A DNA stretch of 64,000 nucleotides from Raillietiella orientalis (GCA_036172245.1 JAYWIR010000007.1:992001-1056000); one strand, 5' to 3'. Shown: positions 13,961 through 28,000, counted from the stretch's first letter. A program made the numbers and translations. Notes: a model not told the origin generated them from the letters alone.

Positions 13961-16317
13961 AGATCCACGAAAAGATAGTGTCCAGAAGACATAGGAAATG
14001 CAGCCCGCTGAGTTTTTTGCAGATTTTTTTTTTTTTTTTCGGAGATTTAATCTGTGCCATCTTTTCGGAAAACTCGATCCAATTGAGAAATAACTGACTT
14101 TTAATGTTTTATTGGCCTAATCCGTTTTCCCTTCTTCTGTGATTGTTTTGTTTAACGTCTTAAGAATATAAGTTGCTTAACAAAATGGACTTGTTTTTCC
14201 ACTTTTCATCATTCGTCTCTGAGCCCATCTCCAGCACTGTCGACTCGAGTAAGATAAGTGACCTCGTATTTGGGCGGAAAAAAATTTTTTTCAAAAATAA
14301 AAAAAGCATAATAAGACAGTTATCATAATTTTTAAATTTAAGAAATCGGCGCAGGCTGTGTCTGGGATTGTGGCCTAAAGCACATTTCTTTAGCAGATTT
14401 GCGACCCGTTGCCACAAAAGGTTCCTTGTGTCTGGTTTGCATCGTACGAATTACGAGATTGCAATCTACAGATTTTGCTTTCCGAGAGCATCCTTAACGA
14501 TTTCGAAGTAAGCTCAGAAGCGGTGCTGTTAGGAATCTCAAAATTGGTAGAACTTCATCAAGCATCTGTCCTTATTTTTTGTGATTTAAGGGACTTCGAT
14601 ATATTCCTACTGTCATCACACATTCGATTGAATATTATGTTGATTGCCCGTGGACGTTTCTATGTAATACCATGTCTGAATGTTATGTGCATCATTCATT
14701 CGTAGAACTGTTACACGGGTATAACAATAAACAATTCTAGAATTCATCCACGATAGAGTACGATGTTTGTGCCGTGTGCTCGCCTCAGGTTAAGCAATTG
14801 TGCGTTTCTAGCGCGGAACCATGCCGGACCACTCTGTACATTTGACATGGGGTTGTAATGGGGCACTACTACTCGTAATGATGTTCGAAAGCTGTTCGCA
14901 TAACTATGCATCAGAAATATTCTGAAAGGCAACAGCAATCTCAGCTGTATCAAGTGCAACTGTGTTTTCTTATTGAATCTTTGTTTCTCTGTCCTAGGCA
15001 CTTTAAAGAAACGCATAGGATATGTTGATGACCTATCAGCTCCCTGGTGGCCAACAACAGGAGTTTTCAGCAACAGACTAACAACAAAAGTTTTGCCTTT
15101 AAAAAAATACGTTTTTTTTTCGTCAGCACTTGATTAGAGTTGGTTTGCTTGTGTGCGTTCTCGTTCATTTGGGATCAAAAACTATTACCTCGCAACTTTT
15201 GTTTCTCCACAGTTGTTTTCCACACTTGGTTGAAACGATGTGGTGTACTACAACTCTCTCTCAAAAAGCAGTATTTATTGTGACAGTTTCTTGAAGTTCT
15301 CTTTTCTGCCAATAACTAACTGGAATTCGCATCGAAAAGGTAGCCCCCAAAAGTTGAAACCTAATTAGGTAAATGAACAAAGTGTCGAATCGATTCGAGC
15401 CACGAAATTCACTGTTTGGGTTTTTGAGCTCTTAGCTAAAGAATTCACTGAAAGGATAACAGCTTTTTTTTTGGCTTTCCTTCTTTTTTTCTTTTTCCCA
15501 GAATTATCAATTCAGCTTACACTTGCAAGTAGACAGCCAAAGTTCTACTTGGATCAGAATTCCAGAGGGCTACGCCTCGGAGCTTAACACTTAAGGCGAA
15601 GGTTGCATGACACGTGAACCCAAGCTTGGATACGAACCTTCAGCCGAAAATCGCAGGGCACTCCTGCACGCGGGTCCGAGCCGGCTCGTCGCGTGGGGCT
15701 GTTGACGAAATGGAACGTGAGTCAGCGCGCGCCTCCAGCGGAGCGCGTCCCAACCCGTGTGGCGCCGGACGCGCCGCGGATCCCTCGGGATGACCCATCA
15801 TCCTCCTTGCTGCGATCCGTTTGGGAAAAGCGGGAACCGGGGATTCCTCCCTGCCGCTCGGATTCACGTTTTGCATCTCAAGCTGGACGTCCCAGGAAGC
15901 TTCGTGTTTTCACTTTCTCGAGCGTATAAGCTGCCGTCTTGCAGCAGCAAGCCGGTACTTTTTCCCTCCCCGTTAACGATGTGGACCCGCGAGGAAGTAT
16001 TGCACACACCTTTGTGTGTGATGAATGAGGTTTTGTATTGAGCTTTTCATATGCAAAGGTTTACCTACCCCATGTTTTTGCCGTGTTCTTATTTTAGTGA
16101 CGGTTGCATCCAGGTTTGTGTTAGGTTGAAGATAAATAAATGCATTGCAGAAAGAGTGGAAACTCTTTTAAGTCACTGTAATTGTTGTTGTTCCCCCTGC
16201 AAGTGGCAGGTAATCTGACCATAAGTGGATTCTTTGTTCCAGAGAACTATGAATTTAAAAGAGTAGAGAATTGGAATTCTCGGTGCACATTTTTGTTTAT
16301 TCAGTTGAGTGGTGAAG

Positions 16318-19300
16318 ATGATTGCTGTAGAAAATGGCATTTCACCAGAGTTAATTTTGTATTCCATATTAACTGTTATTTGGGTAATTTACCTATGGGA
16401 ACAGTATTTGGAATGGAGACAGGTGAGTGCTTTTCAAAGTTTTAATACTACTTGTAAATTGTATGTAAATTTGCATGTTTTCGAAAGTGTTTTGGTCAGG
16501 AATCATGAGATGAAATGTGGTAAAAGCATACAACTTGACAAAACAGCAAGAAAAAGTAGGCGGGATTTACGTGACAGCGAATAATTAAAAAAATTCAAAA
16601 GATAACAGGCGTTGCCATTTGAAATTTGAATAGAATTTGATTCATGCCTTTTTCTGACTACCTATTTTTAGAATTATTTGTGAGGCTGATCTCTAGTGAA
16701 AATGGTCTTGGAACATACATACAAAACAGAGATTTTCTTATGTCTCTTTAAATCATGGAGAAGTCCCATGAAGTGTTTTTCCAATTAACTTTGTTCCAAT
16801 GGAAGCTCTGAAATTGCAATGAATATTCTACAATAATCTCTACTCTTTGTGTATTATGTTAATCTATAATTGGAAACTTAGGGCAATGTTAATAGTTGAC
16901 TAAGAACTTCTCAGCACAGTTCAATGTTTATGAATTATTTGAAAGCATTCTTGATTCAGGATTTTTATTTTTATTTTTATGGGCAAAGCTTCTGATTGAG
17001 AATGAAATCAAACATCCCAATGCTTTGGGTTATGATTCAACAATGATTCACATTGCATTTTGAATAAAAGATTTTTCAATCAAATCTGAGCACAGCTTGA
17101 GAAGCATTAATGGAATTGGTCAGTCAAACATTCTTGAAACATAGCTTATGTCACATCCAATTAGATGTTATGGGGAATTCATTGTGGACTTGGTAAACTT
17201 GTTATTGTTATTTCAGGAAACACTTGGTATGAAAATTACATATAATAATCTTTCAGGTTTTTGGATTGCATGGCAAATATGTATTATTATTAAAGAATAC
17301 ATTATTCTTTTAAGTCATTCAAATTGTTCATGAAATTGCAGTTTAGGAAGAGCCTATGTTGAGGATGACGTTTCTTTTTGTTTTGTTTTGCATTGTATTC
17401 CTTTTATTTTCAAACTGGATTTCAGCAGACATGCGAATTGGTAGCAAGGCTATGCACGTTTCTCAAAACGCATGCACAGTTTTGTTTCCAATATTTAAAA
17501 AAAAAAAACATTTCGAAGCTCAGTGAATGAAAGGATTTTTTAAAGAGTCAAGAGTGTTTTGGAGACTAATGAAAAATGGGCATGCATATGTTTCCCATCT
17601 GTGTGAAATGAAAAAATGTGTGCAAACAAATAAAATGTGAAAGCATTGAAATGTTTGGGGGGAGGGAAGAAAACAAAAAAAACATTTAGCCCTTTTTGTT
17701 TCTAGAGGAAGATGTGTTTGTCTATCATAGAAGTACCACCATCAGCCCAAAGTTTTTTAGAACAAGAAACACACAGCAAAGCCAGATTGTATAGTTTAGA
17801 TAAAATGAAGTTTGCATTTGTGAAGGATTTTTTTTCACAGATTATAACCACGGTTTGTATATTGATATGTTGCACTATTGCATCTTTTATGTTCTTGCAT
17901 ATTGTTTTGGGTTTATTGTCTGATCAACAAATGTATGATTTCAGGTTTTTATTTGGTGCTTTCTTTTGAAATACTTTTGGTCACTGGCAGCAACCATTCT
18001 TTTATATGTGCATGTGCAGCCAGGTGAAATTTTGCAGAGTTGCATTTGCACTATTCTTCTGATGATTTTGTTCACTTTCATTAGCCTCCCATTTTCTGTT
18101 TACTATACATTTGTCTTAGAGGAAAAACATGGATTTAATAAGCAGGTGCGTGTACTGTTTGAATTGTAGCAGATTACAATGTTGTTTGCTTGTAGACAGC
18201 TGCTTTTTTTATCAAAGATACTCTGAAGGGATTTTTGTTAAGCTTGGTAATAGGTTTACCATTGCTGTCAGCAATGATCTATATTGTTAGAATTGGAGGC
18301 ACTTATTTTTTTGTGTATTTGTGGGTCTTTTGTGTAATTGTTTCTTTATTCCTGATGACAATTTATCCATCCTGGATTGCTCCCATTTTTGACAAATACA
18401 CACCTTTATCTGATGGCGATCTAAAAAATGCAATTGAAAAGCTGGCAAATGACATTGGTTTCCCATTGACCAAAATATACGTGGTAGAAGGTAGGAAGTG
18501 GACGAAGGAATGAATTTGTATTCCATGCTTTGCTAGGATCAAAAAGATCAGAGCACAGTAATGCTTATTTCTACGGATTTTATAAAAATAAAAGAATCGT
18601 ACTCTTTGATACCCTGCTGAATGGAATATTGCCAAGTAGCACTGAAAACGAAACAGCCAAAACTCAGTGGCCAGATGATGAAGAACAAAAATCCAGATTA
18701 CTTGGGGACTCAGGAGAGCCTGTTCAAGATGAGGTGAAACAAGAAAGTCACGATGAGGTGAAACAAGAAAGTCATGATGCAACAGAAACGAACAAAGAAG
18801 CTGGGAAAAATGTCCAGTCAGAAGCTGACAGTGCCAGCAAAGATGCAGTCAAACACAAAAAAGAGCAGTGGACGATAGATGAAATTTTGGCGATTTTATC
18901 ACATGAGCTTGGCCATTGGTATTTGAGTCACTTATTGAAAAACATCGTTCTGTCCCAGGTAAAGTCCGATTTTGTAAGTTTAAATATGTGGTGGTTTCTA
19001 TTTCAGATTCATCTTTTCATAATTTTTGTCACATTCTCATTACTATATGAGTATCAGAACATTTATGCAGCCTTTGGGTTCACTGATGAGAGACCAGTGA
19101 TAGTGGGATTTTTTGTCATCATGCAGTATGTTTGTTTGCCATATGAAGAATTGGTCAGCTTTTTGTTGACTGTCTTAAGTCGGCGATTTGAATTCCAAGC
19201 AGATGCATTTGCTAAAAAGCTGGGCAAAGCATCTGAGTTATCCAGTGCATTAATCAAACTTCACAAGAATAATCTCAGTTTTGTTTTCTATGATTGGTTA

Positions 19301-19378
19301 TTCTCATTATGGCACTTATCACATCCATCTTTGTTGGAAAGATTAGGTGCTTTGAAAACCCACGATAAAACCGAATGA
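16318..19378 (+). CDS. ZMPSTE24: CAAX prenyl protease 1 (STE24/FACE-1, peptidase M48), ~513 aa, 6 coding exons
   Basis: Exons 16318-16422, 17706-17852, 17945-18145, 18196-18490, 18537-18958, 19007-19378; all introns GT-AG, total 1542 nt in frame. Motifs: WEQYLEWRQ, KARLYSLDK, FVLEEKHGFNKQT, IYPSWIAPIFDKYTPL, VEGSKRSEHSNAYFYG..KRIVLFDTLL, zinc site HELGH, SRRFEFQADAFA, SHPSLLERL. Confidence 0.96.
18728..18775 (+). repeat. 24-nt in-frame tandem duplication (DEVKQESH x2) in the ZMPSTE24 variable loop
   Basis: gatgaggtgaaacaagaaagtcac / gatgaggtgaaacaagaaagtcat, one synonymous difference. Confidence 0.95.
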
Positions 19379-19385
19379 ATTGCAA

Positions 19386-19391
19386 AATAAA
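19386..19391 (+). promoter_or_regulatory. Candidate polyadenylation signal of ZMPSTE24
   Basis: AATAAA starting 8 nt after the TGA stop, followed by a T-rich tract. Confidence 0.5.
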
Positions 19392-22300
19392 CTTTTTTTT
19401 CATCCAGCGTTTGCTTCAGCTTTTTGTTGGGAGCCAATTTTGATTTTTCTTGTGGTCAAGTCCTCACTGGCTGCAGTTTTGGTAATGAATTGTTAAGAAC
19501 AGTGCTTTAAGTGCATATGGTTCAAAACTCATTCGAATTGATAGATCTCCACATATTTCTTTCAGTGATGATTTTGTTTGTCCATTGCCTGCAAGGATAG
19601 TGTAGAGAAATACTGGCAAAGGAACTCCAGATTTTTCCATTTGCATTAATGTTGGCAAAGGTAAAATGTCGACTTTGCATGTGCAAATGGCAAAGTGACT
19701 GTATTGACTGTATTAATCAACAAAATAAAATGATTACGTTTTGCATCCCAGCAAAAAAAAAAAAAAAAGATGCGTTCCATTAATTGATGTACGCTTTGTG
19801 ATGAATGTATGGATGTAGTTAGTCATTGTACACACTATAGCAGCAATGGGATGGATAATTTGCAGCATGTGAAAAGCATTGTTCAGGTGCCATTTAAATT
19901 TCAATCTAGATAGGACTAAAGATGGAAGTTCCTAATTCAAAAGAGGGAACAGCTCCTCTATCTGTTCTGTTTTCTCAGCTGAGGTGAGAATCACTAGCTG
20001 TAGTGAAAGGGATGATGACAAAACCAGATATGTGGATCCTGGAAATCATGGGCAGGCGGGAAAAATTAAATTTGGAGGACGGATAGAAAGTTTCATTTTT
20101 GGGATATGATCCTCCAGCAACTTGGCTGAACTGGTGCATTTTGTTACCCAAAGTAAGTACAACCAAACCTTATTTTTAAATGGATTCGTTAACTGACGAA
20201 AAGTCACCGATTTTAATGTCTCTTGACGAGCGACTGTTGGATTGTCGGGTAGATCAGATTTTTTTTCTTCCCCTCTGATCATGAGCTGACAAAGTCTAGC
20301 CAGAATGGTGTGGTTGGACTGGGTTGTGTGTCAGAACAAGAAAATGTAGTCATCAATCCCTCGTGATTTTTCAAGGTCACCATAAACAGTTTCGTTTGCA
20401 TCATGTCTTGGGTCTTCCAAACACGAAACTTCATTTGAGAAAATTCGTGATCTTCCCCCTTGTCAGATGTGCTACTTTTTTCATGCTTAATGGCAGCTTG
20501 CTTTTGCCTGTTTCAAGTGGATGCGGACGGAGACTGGGGTGCTGTTCAGCTATCAGTTTTTCAAATGATTAACTAAAACGATTATGAATCACAAACCGGG
20601 AAACCGCACGTTCAAACTCTCATGAAAAGGAAGGAATGACTTTCGGAACTTTGCTGCAAGCCTGGCTAAAGTCAGCGTGGTAGAAAATTTTGCTCACGGT
20701 GAAGGCTGAAATCCGAAAAGCAAAAAAACCTACAAAAAAAAAAAAAGGAGAAAAAAAAAAAACACGCACGCATGGGTTCAAATCCGTAGTAGCGGATACT
20801 TTTTACGTGGAACGGATCGTCAGACCTCGGCTGCAAACATAGGAAGAGAAGGGCGACACCGATGTGCTTAAGCAGCGGGCAGATTGCGGTGAGATGAAAC
20901 ATCCAGGACCATCCCAATTCCAAAAGATGGAAGAGGAAAGCAACCCAACGACGATGTTGCAACTGGAAAGAAAACCAATCACATTCTACACATGCCTTTC
21001 TCACGAAATATACTTCAGTTCAAGCACATGCTCAAAGAAATGAGAATTATGCCTTGCGAATAGCCGAGCGGCTTGCGCAAACGGCCCACAGAATTCCGGG
21101 CTGCCACAGTGAAGACTTTTAAGAATTTTCTTCCGTGTTCAGGTCAGGTGCCGACTTTAACCGAGTGATTGTGACCGAATGAGAAAGTTCCAGGAAGTGT
21201 TTTTGGTCGCCTGCGCTCAAGAACCTGTTTCTCGCTTCCGATGCCTGCATTTCCCACAAGCTCCCTCGGAAACATCCACGATCCATTTCCTTCCATTGTG
21301 CTTCTGCCACCTTATTCGTGCAGTAGTTACCAGTCAAGTTTCACGAATTTTTTATTTTATTTTATTTTTTTTTAAAAAACAGACAAACAAAGACATGTAT
21401 AAACTGTATTTCTGCTGCCTTTGCTTTCCATAAGATTTTACTCCCCTTTCACAGTTAGGCCTGCGTTGGAAGATCCGTAACGGTTAATTACCAAGCACGG
21501 TTTACCTACTGTACATACGATGAAGTGTGGTAAACATTTGGGTGTGCGACCGATCAAGCGTGGCTTGATTCCACTTCCCAAGGAACAAATCAAAATATGG
21601 CGGGAAATTATGGACCGAAAACGGAGGAAGTGCTTCCAGCTGCAGAATCAATCCTTGAAGAAAGACGAAAAGAAAAACGGGTACAGACGCCGGCATCGCG
21701 TTCGGAGAGCTGGCGTGCGAGCGTGTAAATAAAAAGAGAGGGAGAGAGAGAAAGAAACAGACGCTGTTTATTTCAACTCTTGATCGAAAAGGAAGAGGGA
21801 TTCTTCCAAAGAAGGCTAATTTCAAAGAGGGCCTTTCATCCTGTTCCGCATTACCGTGCAATGCGGACAGCTGAACTGAGTATCTGGAGCAGATCAAATC
21901 CAATGCTTTGAGAATCTCGCGATCTCGGGTAACCGTTCATCTTTCGCAGCTGCGGCTGATCGGTGAAGATGAGAAAGTCGAAATTGTGGGAAAGATAATC
22001 GGTGGATAATCTGCGCGCGCTTTCACCTCTTCGGATGATGGCTAGATTTTCGATCTGAACCTTGGCAATCAGGGCATTTCCCATGCCAACTTCCGCCGTT
22101 GCGCCTAGAAAACGCGGAGGCACTGTGCAAGGAGAAGGGATGAATGTCCTTCCATGTGCTGCCCTCCACCAGCACGAGACGGGGATTGGTCACACCTTGA
22201 GGGTGTTGCCATTCTGGAGGGTTCCTTTTCTTCTTGCGAAGAGAGTGCAAAACAAGCAGAAGGCGGGAAGGGGAGTCGAATAGCGAGCGCCTCCTCCATT

Positions 22301-23194
22301 TTCCGCTCTTTATAGAATCCAGTCTGCAAGAGAAGGAGTCTGGACACATAAAAAAACAAAAAAGTAAACAAAAAGCACGGAAGGAGATGAAGACTCTGGC
22401 AGTCTCGTGCGCCAACACGTAAGGGGCCACACCACCCAGAGCCAGCCTGGGAGTGCTGCACGGTTTTGTCACAGATGGCAGCACAGGGGACGTCTTCGCC
22501 GGTAAGAGGAACAAAGGATTGGCGATCGATACCGATGCGCGCTAAAGAGAGAGAGAGAGGAGGGTGGTGTGCCGTTGCTTCTCCGTGCTGTCCTCAACGA
22601 GTCTCCAGAAAAAGGTCAGCAGAAGGCAGCAGGGACGTGCCATGATGCATCGACCCGCGACGGAGGCCGGCTTCGACGAAAGGCACAAGCGGACCTCTCG
22701 TTGGGACGCGAGAGGCGAGGGGAAATGGGGTGCGGCGTTCCCACGCGGGTGGCTTCCGGGGGAGAGCGCCGGCTCACAACTTCCTCGGAGTCGGACTGCC
22801 CGCCTCGCTCCCTCCTTTCGTTTCCTGACTTCTCTCGACTATTCCTCCGTCCTTTGCTCCCCTGGAGCTGAGCGGGAGCCCAAGAACTCGGCAGGCACCA
22901 ATCCTGGCGCGCGGCGAACACGCCACGACTGATGCTCCTCCCTCGCTTTGCCATGCGAAGGGGCTCCTCCTCCGCCGGAACCCCTGCACTGCTCTCGAGC
23001 GAAGGGGGACCAAGGAGCGCCTTTGGGAGGAAAGGACGTGCGGGACAGACGGAAGGAAGTGCTCGTTCCCTGCCCGCACCGTCCGAGTAAAGAAGGGAAG
23101 GAGTCGGGAGCGAGACGGAGTTGCTCCTGGAGAAAAAGAGGATGGGGAAGACTCCAGTCTCCACGCGGAAAGGTCGTCATCTCAGGCACGCCCT

Positions 23195-25063
23195 TCACAG
23201 CACTTGTATGTCCGTCAAGTCCGTCCTGCAAGCCGTCCGGATCTCCTGCAGGATGCGCAGGCGCGGTCCCATGGGCAGACCCAGCCTCTGCAGCCTCTCC
23301 TCGGACACGTAGGGAAGCTCCACGATGCCAATCTTTTCGGACTCGAAGTGGGACGCGTACTTCTGCGGGGAGGAGGAACGGACCGGGTTGAGAGGACAGG
23401 GGTGGGCGACCGCTCCGCCATTCTTTGCAGCGCGCGCGCGCGCGGTACCCACCTCGTACCCCAGTTTCCTCAAGAAGATGCGTAGGAGGGGAGGCTCCGC
23501 GCCGAAGAAACCGGTGAGCTTCTTCACCCGCGTGGGCTCCGTCAGCGCGACGACGTCCGCGGTGAGGGTCTTCCAGTGGGGCGGGAGATCTGCGTTCCTA
23601 CGTGGACTGGGGAGATCCTGCAGACGCAGGCGCAGCTGCGACATCTCGGCGCGCATCGTTTCCATCTCCTGCAACCGCCGCAGCATATCCCCGTCCATCT
23701 CCCATCTTAGTGCTCCCTCGTTCCCATCCTACCCTTCCCGTCGAGCGCGCTGCCCCCCCTCTCCCCTCCTTCCACCCGCTCCGAGGGGAAGGGGGTGCCG
23801 GGAGGAAGGAAAGAAGGAGAAACAAGGGAGGCGGAGGAGGAGGAGGAGGAGGAAAGAGGATGACACTGTCGCCCCAATCACCGTTGAGAACGACGGCGGA
23901 GCCTCTAGCGGGGCTAGCGGCGCACCAACCCCTGCTCACTGCAGCGGCAGATGCAGGGGCGTCTCCATGGCGACAGAAGAAGCGAACTCGGGAAGTGGGA
24001 GAAGAAGAGGGGAGAGAGGGAGGGGTCGTTCTCCCTAGTTGCTTGCCAGGGCGACGATTTCCGCCACCCTCCACCATTCAGCACACTTCGTGGGGGAACA
24101 TGGCGCGCGTGGCTTCCCTCCCCGCCCCTCACCTGGAAGATCAGATTCTGTGTCCTCATCTCGGACGACAGGTGAGCGACGCTCCGGGCCAGTGTGACCA
24201 CGTGCGACTCCAGCCTCTGGAACCTCCGGTTCAGTCCCTGGAAAGGTCCGTCGCAGAGCAGCGGGGCGGAGCGCGGAGGAGGAAGTGGGGGGGAGAGGAG
24301 GGGAGGGGAGGGAGCAGCGCCCACCTTGCTACTGTTGCAACGGCCCCTTGTCCTTTCTTCGGGGCACCTCCTGTCCCTCCCCGTGCGGGAATGGGCGAAG
24401 CTCTGCGAGGAAGAAAAGCTGCCTCCACCCCCGCCATGCTTCCGAAGAGGCTGTTTGTCGGAGGCGGTCGTCCCTGGCGAAGCCCGGACCTTCCTGCCGG
24501 ACAGCAGCCGGATGATCTGTCCAAGAAAAAGAATAGGAAGAGAAAGTGGAAAAGGAGGGGCAAGGAGCTGGGTGACTCCGCCGCCGCCTCTCCTTCCGAC
24601 CTCACCTGCCCATACATGGCCTCCAGCTCGTGCAGGTGGTGGCGCAGGTCGCCGTCTCCCCTTGCTTCGCCCTCGCGGGAAGATCGGGAGGCGCCGCCGC
24701 CACCACCGCCGTTCCCCTCGTCTTCCTCTTCCTCCTCCTCCTCCTCTTCGCCGTCATCGTCATCCTCGTCAACTCCCGAAGGGCAGGTGTCAGGAGGAAT
24801 GCCTGAGAGTGAGCATGGGAAGACTGCAGTCCTCAGCAGGCTCTCTCCCTTCACTCACCGCCGCTACCAACGACGACCACAGGCGTCTCCGCGTACTTCT
24901 CGTCGCTGCTGAGGACGTTTGGGCCGATGGTGACCACCACCCCTCTTCCTCCGTGCTCGCCCGCTTCTTCCTCCTCTTTCCCCTCGCCATCGCCCTTGCC
25001 GCCGCTGCCGCTCCCACGAAGGCGCTCGCTGCTGATGCACACAGGGAGGGAATTCATGGCCAT
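23195..25063 (-). CDS. Coiled-coil plus C-terminal SAM-domain protein, ~360 aa, 6 coding exons
   Basis: Exons (high to low) 25063-24859, 24802-24606, 24516-24325, 24237-24133, 23668-23453, 23362-23195; GT-AG and phase-consistent (1083 nt). Conserved-looking blocks LHELEAMYGQIIRLL, RRFQRLESHVVTLARSVAHLSSEMR and RVKKLTGFFGAEPP, then SAM-like LRIFLRKLGYEKYASHFESEKIGIVELPYVSEERLQRLGLPMGPRLRILQEI. The start codon is uncertain. Confidence 0.85.
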
Positions 25064-28000
25064 CCCCGTCCGGTGGACGAAGTTTTCCTAACCTGTGGTC
25101 CCCGGGGTCACCAATGCCCTCGGCTGTTCTCTGCACAGCCTTCCGGAAGCTGGAGTTCACGGCAGCGTCCCTCCTCTTCCTCGGAGGGGACGGTCCCTCG
25201 ACGACAGCGCCGCGGGAGGTGGTCAGAGGAGGCGGAGAGGCAGCCTCCTCGGGGCCAGGGGCCAAACCCTCCATCCCAACTCTGCCAGAGCTCCTTCCGC
25301 GCGGGTCTGTGTGCCGGCAGCCGCTGCTGGCCGCGGGGTCCTTCGCGCACGAGGGTCTTGCGACCTGCAAAAGTCAAACAGAGAGTGAGGAAGCGAGCAG
25401 ACAGGGAGCAGCTCTGCCTCCCCATCTCCCTTCTTTCATCTTACCGTTGCAACCCGCCGCCCTTTTCCGACGCTCAAGAGGCCTCGCGCCCCAAGAGAGA
25501 CAATTGGGACGAGCGGGAACGCGCTGCCCTCCCTCCGCGTTTCTTCTGCTGACTGCGAGACACCCCCCCGCCCCCGCGAGACCACAGTGTCACCTTCCGA
25601 AGCTCCCTCTCCGGGCACGCGCTTGGGAAGAGAAGGGGAAGAACGCATGACGGGAAACGAGTGCTCCAGAGAAAAGAGAAAGAAAGAATCTTCCGTCCCT
25701 CCCCCCGGAAGAGGACACCGCGCGCGCCTGCAAGACTGGACGAACGCCCCATCCAACCCTTCTCCCCTAGAGGTGTCCCGGAAACGGAGACCGGGTCTTT
25801 TTGCCCTCTTGCCAGTCCTCCTCCTGGAGGCCGTAGGGACGGCGATTCCCAGAGCGCATCGAGCCAAGGATACGTAACGGGAACGTCCCTGACTACCTCC
25901 CGCCACGAAACTCTGTGGATTTCCCTGCCAGTGGCCCGGCACCCAGTGAAGGCGAGGCCGAGAAGGGAGGTCGCCCGAGAGACCCCACCACCAGGAGAGC
26001 GGCGGCGGCGGGCAGCGCCACTGCACGCGCAGGTCCCGTGGCCCGTTCGCCAGCCCCTGCCGTTTACTCTTTCCGCCTGAGCATCCAACCCATGAGAACC
26101 GAGTCATCGCCTCCCGCCGCGCGAAGGCAGACGCAAGGGGGCATTGCTCCCACGGCCCACGATGATGACCGATTCTCCGTCCCCCCGTGCGGAACGGGAA
26201 ATTTGCGCAGCAAGCACGTGTGAAGCACCACGCGACCGCCGGCAGGAAGCAGGTAAGGTGCACCGCATCAACGGTGCACCCACCTGGAAGGCACCTCTCG
26301 AACGCCCGCGCGTATAGCCGCTCGCTTGGCAACGCTGAGCGACGGATGACAACGGAGCTGCTTCCCAGAAGTGGTCAAGTAGTTTCCCGAGAGGGCCGAG
26401 CTACCACTGGACGACGAGGTTCTGGGACTCGTCTCCATGGACACGTTGCCCACGCAATCATATGCTCAGGCTGAAGGAATGCTGAAGGAACCCCATGCCT
26501 TCCTCATCTGTCCGAGCGTGAAAAGAAGTGGAGACAGCAACACTGCGAACGCGATTTAAAGAATTTTTTCCCACGCTCTGCTTGTGATTGGACGAGAGGG
26601 AGAGAACGGCACCCGCCGCTGCAAGTTCATCGACTGCCTGCGAGATGGTGCCGGCAGTCCCCGCGCTTCTGTCGACCCGAAAACGGACACGAGCAGCGTG
26701 GGGACTCCAACGCGCCACTGGGCGGGGAGGTGTAGGTTTTGTCCGGAGCCTACGGATGGCAGTGCGCGCGGCACGAAGAACGGGCGATGGACGAGTAAGC
26801 GAGGAAGAACGGCTCATCAGTTTTGCTTGTGGTGACTTGGAAGCGGGTGTTCGCTCAAACAGAGCGTGGCGGTGTGCAGAAAGGCACACCACTGCGTTTC
26901 AAGCGTCGTCGCCGCGCGCTCCATCCGTTCCTTATCCTCCTCCAAGGAGACGGAGGAAACTTCGCTATTCAGTCCGGAGGAAAACTGTGGTTCCTCTAGC
27001 ATTTCAACCCTTCGTGTAGCCTCTCTCTCTCTCTCTCTCCCTCAACCCCTCCTCTGCTCCTTTCCTCGGACCAGAAACATAGAGGCGGAGGCGAGCACGA
27101 TTCTCGCGCAGCAAAGAAAGTCTGAACTCACCCGGCAGAAGCCATTTCCGTTCTCCCGGAAATTCCTTTGATACACCGTTGTCCCGGAAAGAGGAGAAGA
27201 GTCGACCTGGACCCTGCCCACCGAGTAGATGGAGTTCAGCACAGCGGAGTCAAGGGGTTTGGGGGGAGGAGTAGGTTTGTAGATGAGGCTCGAGGCTGGA
27301 TCGGATGCACGTTACGGAACGGCGCGATCAGAGGTGACCAACTTTTCGCGTCCATGGCGCAGCGGTGGCGAAGCAGTCAGGATGACGAACCACTTCGGAG
27401 CAGGAGCGGCATGGCTGGACCGGCTGCTGCTAAGATTCGAATCCTCTGCGGGGCCTTCCTCCTGGAAAGGGAGGAAAAAGGTTCTCCTGTGTGAAAAAAA
27501 AAAAAAAAAATCGTCCGTCCAAGCGTGGGTCGGGCTGCTGCCCCGTGTGTGCGTGCATGCGTGGCGGACAGCCGCCGCTGAGGACTGCATCTCCCCATCA
27601 TCAAAGACGCAGAAGACAAACCTATCCAGGGGCAGAGGCAACCGCAGATTTCTTACACGCAGCATGCCTCCAGCATCCTGCCACCTGCGATAACTTCGGC
27701 CAGAGGGAAGCTCAACCGCTTCCCTACCGGAAAGAAGTCCGAGATGTCGGCAGAGGCTGAGACCCACCCGGTGTTTCGGGAAGCGTGCGCAGGTTCGATC
27801 CAGGAGCCTTCCTGCGGAAATGCGGGAGCGGCTCGCCAGAGAACCATCCGAGGAAGAACACGATCCCAGAACAGCAAGAAGGGAGGCTTCTGCTTCGGGC
27901 AGGACTGGGGAGCGAGGTGGAAACTCTCCTTCGTATGTCGGTGAACAAAGGTGAGCACGGAGCTCCTCTTCTGCAAGGATTTCCACGTATGCAAAAGGCC

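Noticed and set aside
19978..20282. Short exon/ORF-like stretch downstream of ZMPSTE24
   Set aside because: No consistent frame or homology on either strand
20775..20786. B-box-like ggttcaaatcc
   Set aside because: No A-box or cloverleaf around it
27355..27444. A-box TGGCGCAGCGG plus B-box-like gattcgaatcc suggesting a tRNA
   Set aside because: Spacing is long and the T- and acceptor stems do not pair; at most a decayed Pol III relic
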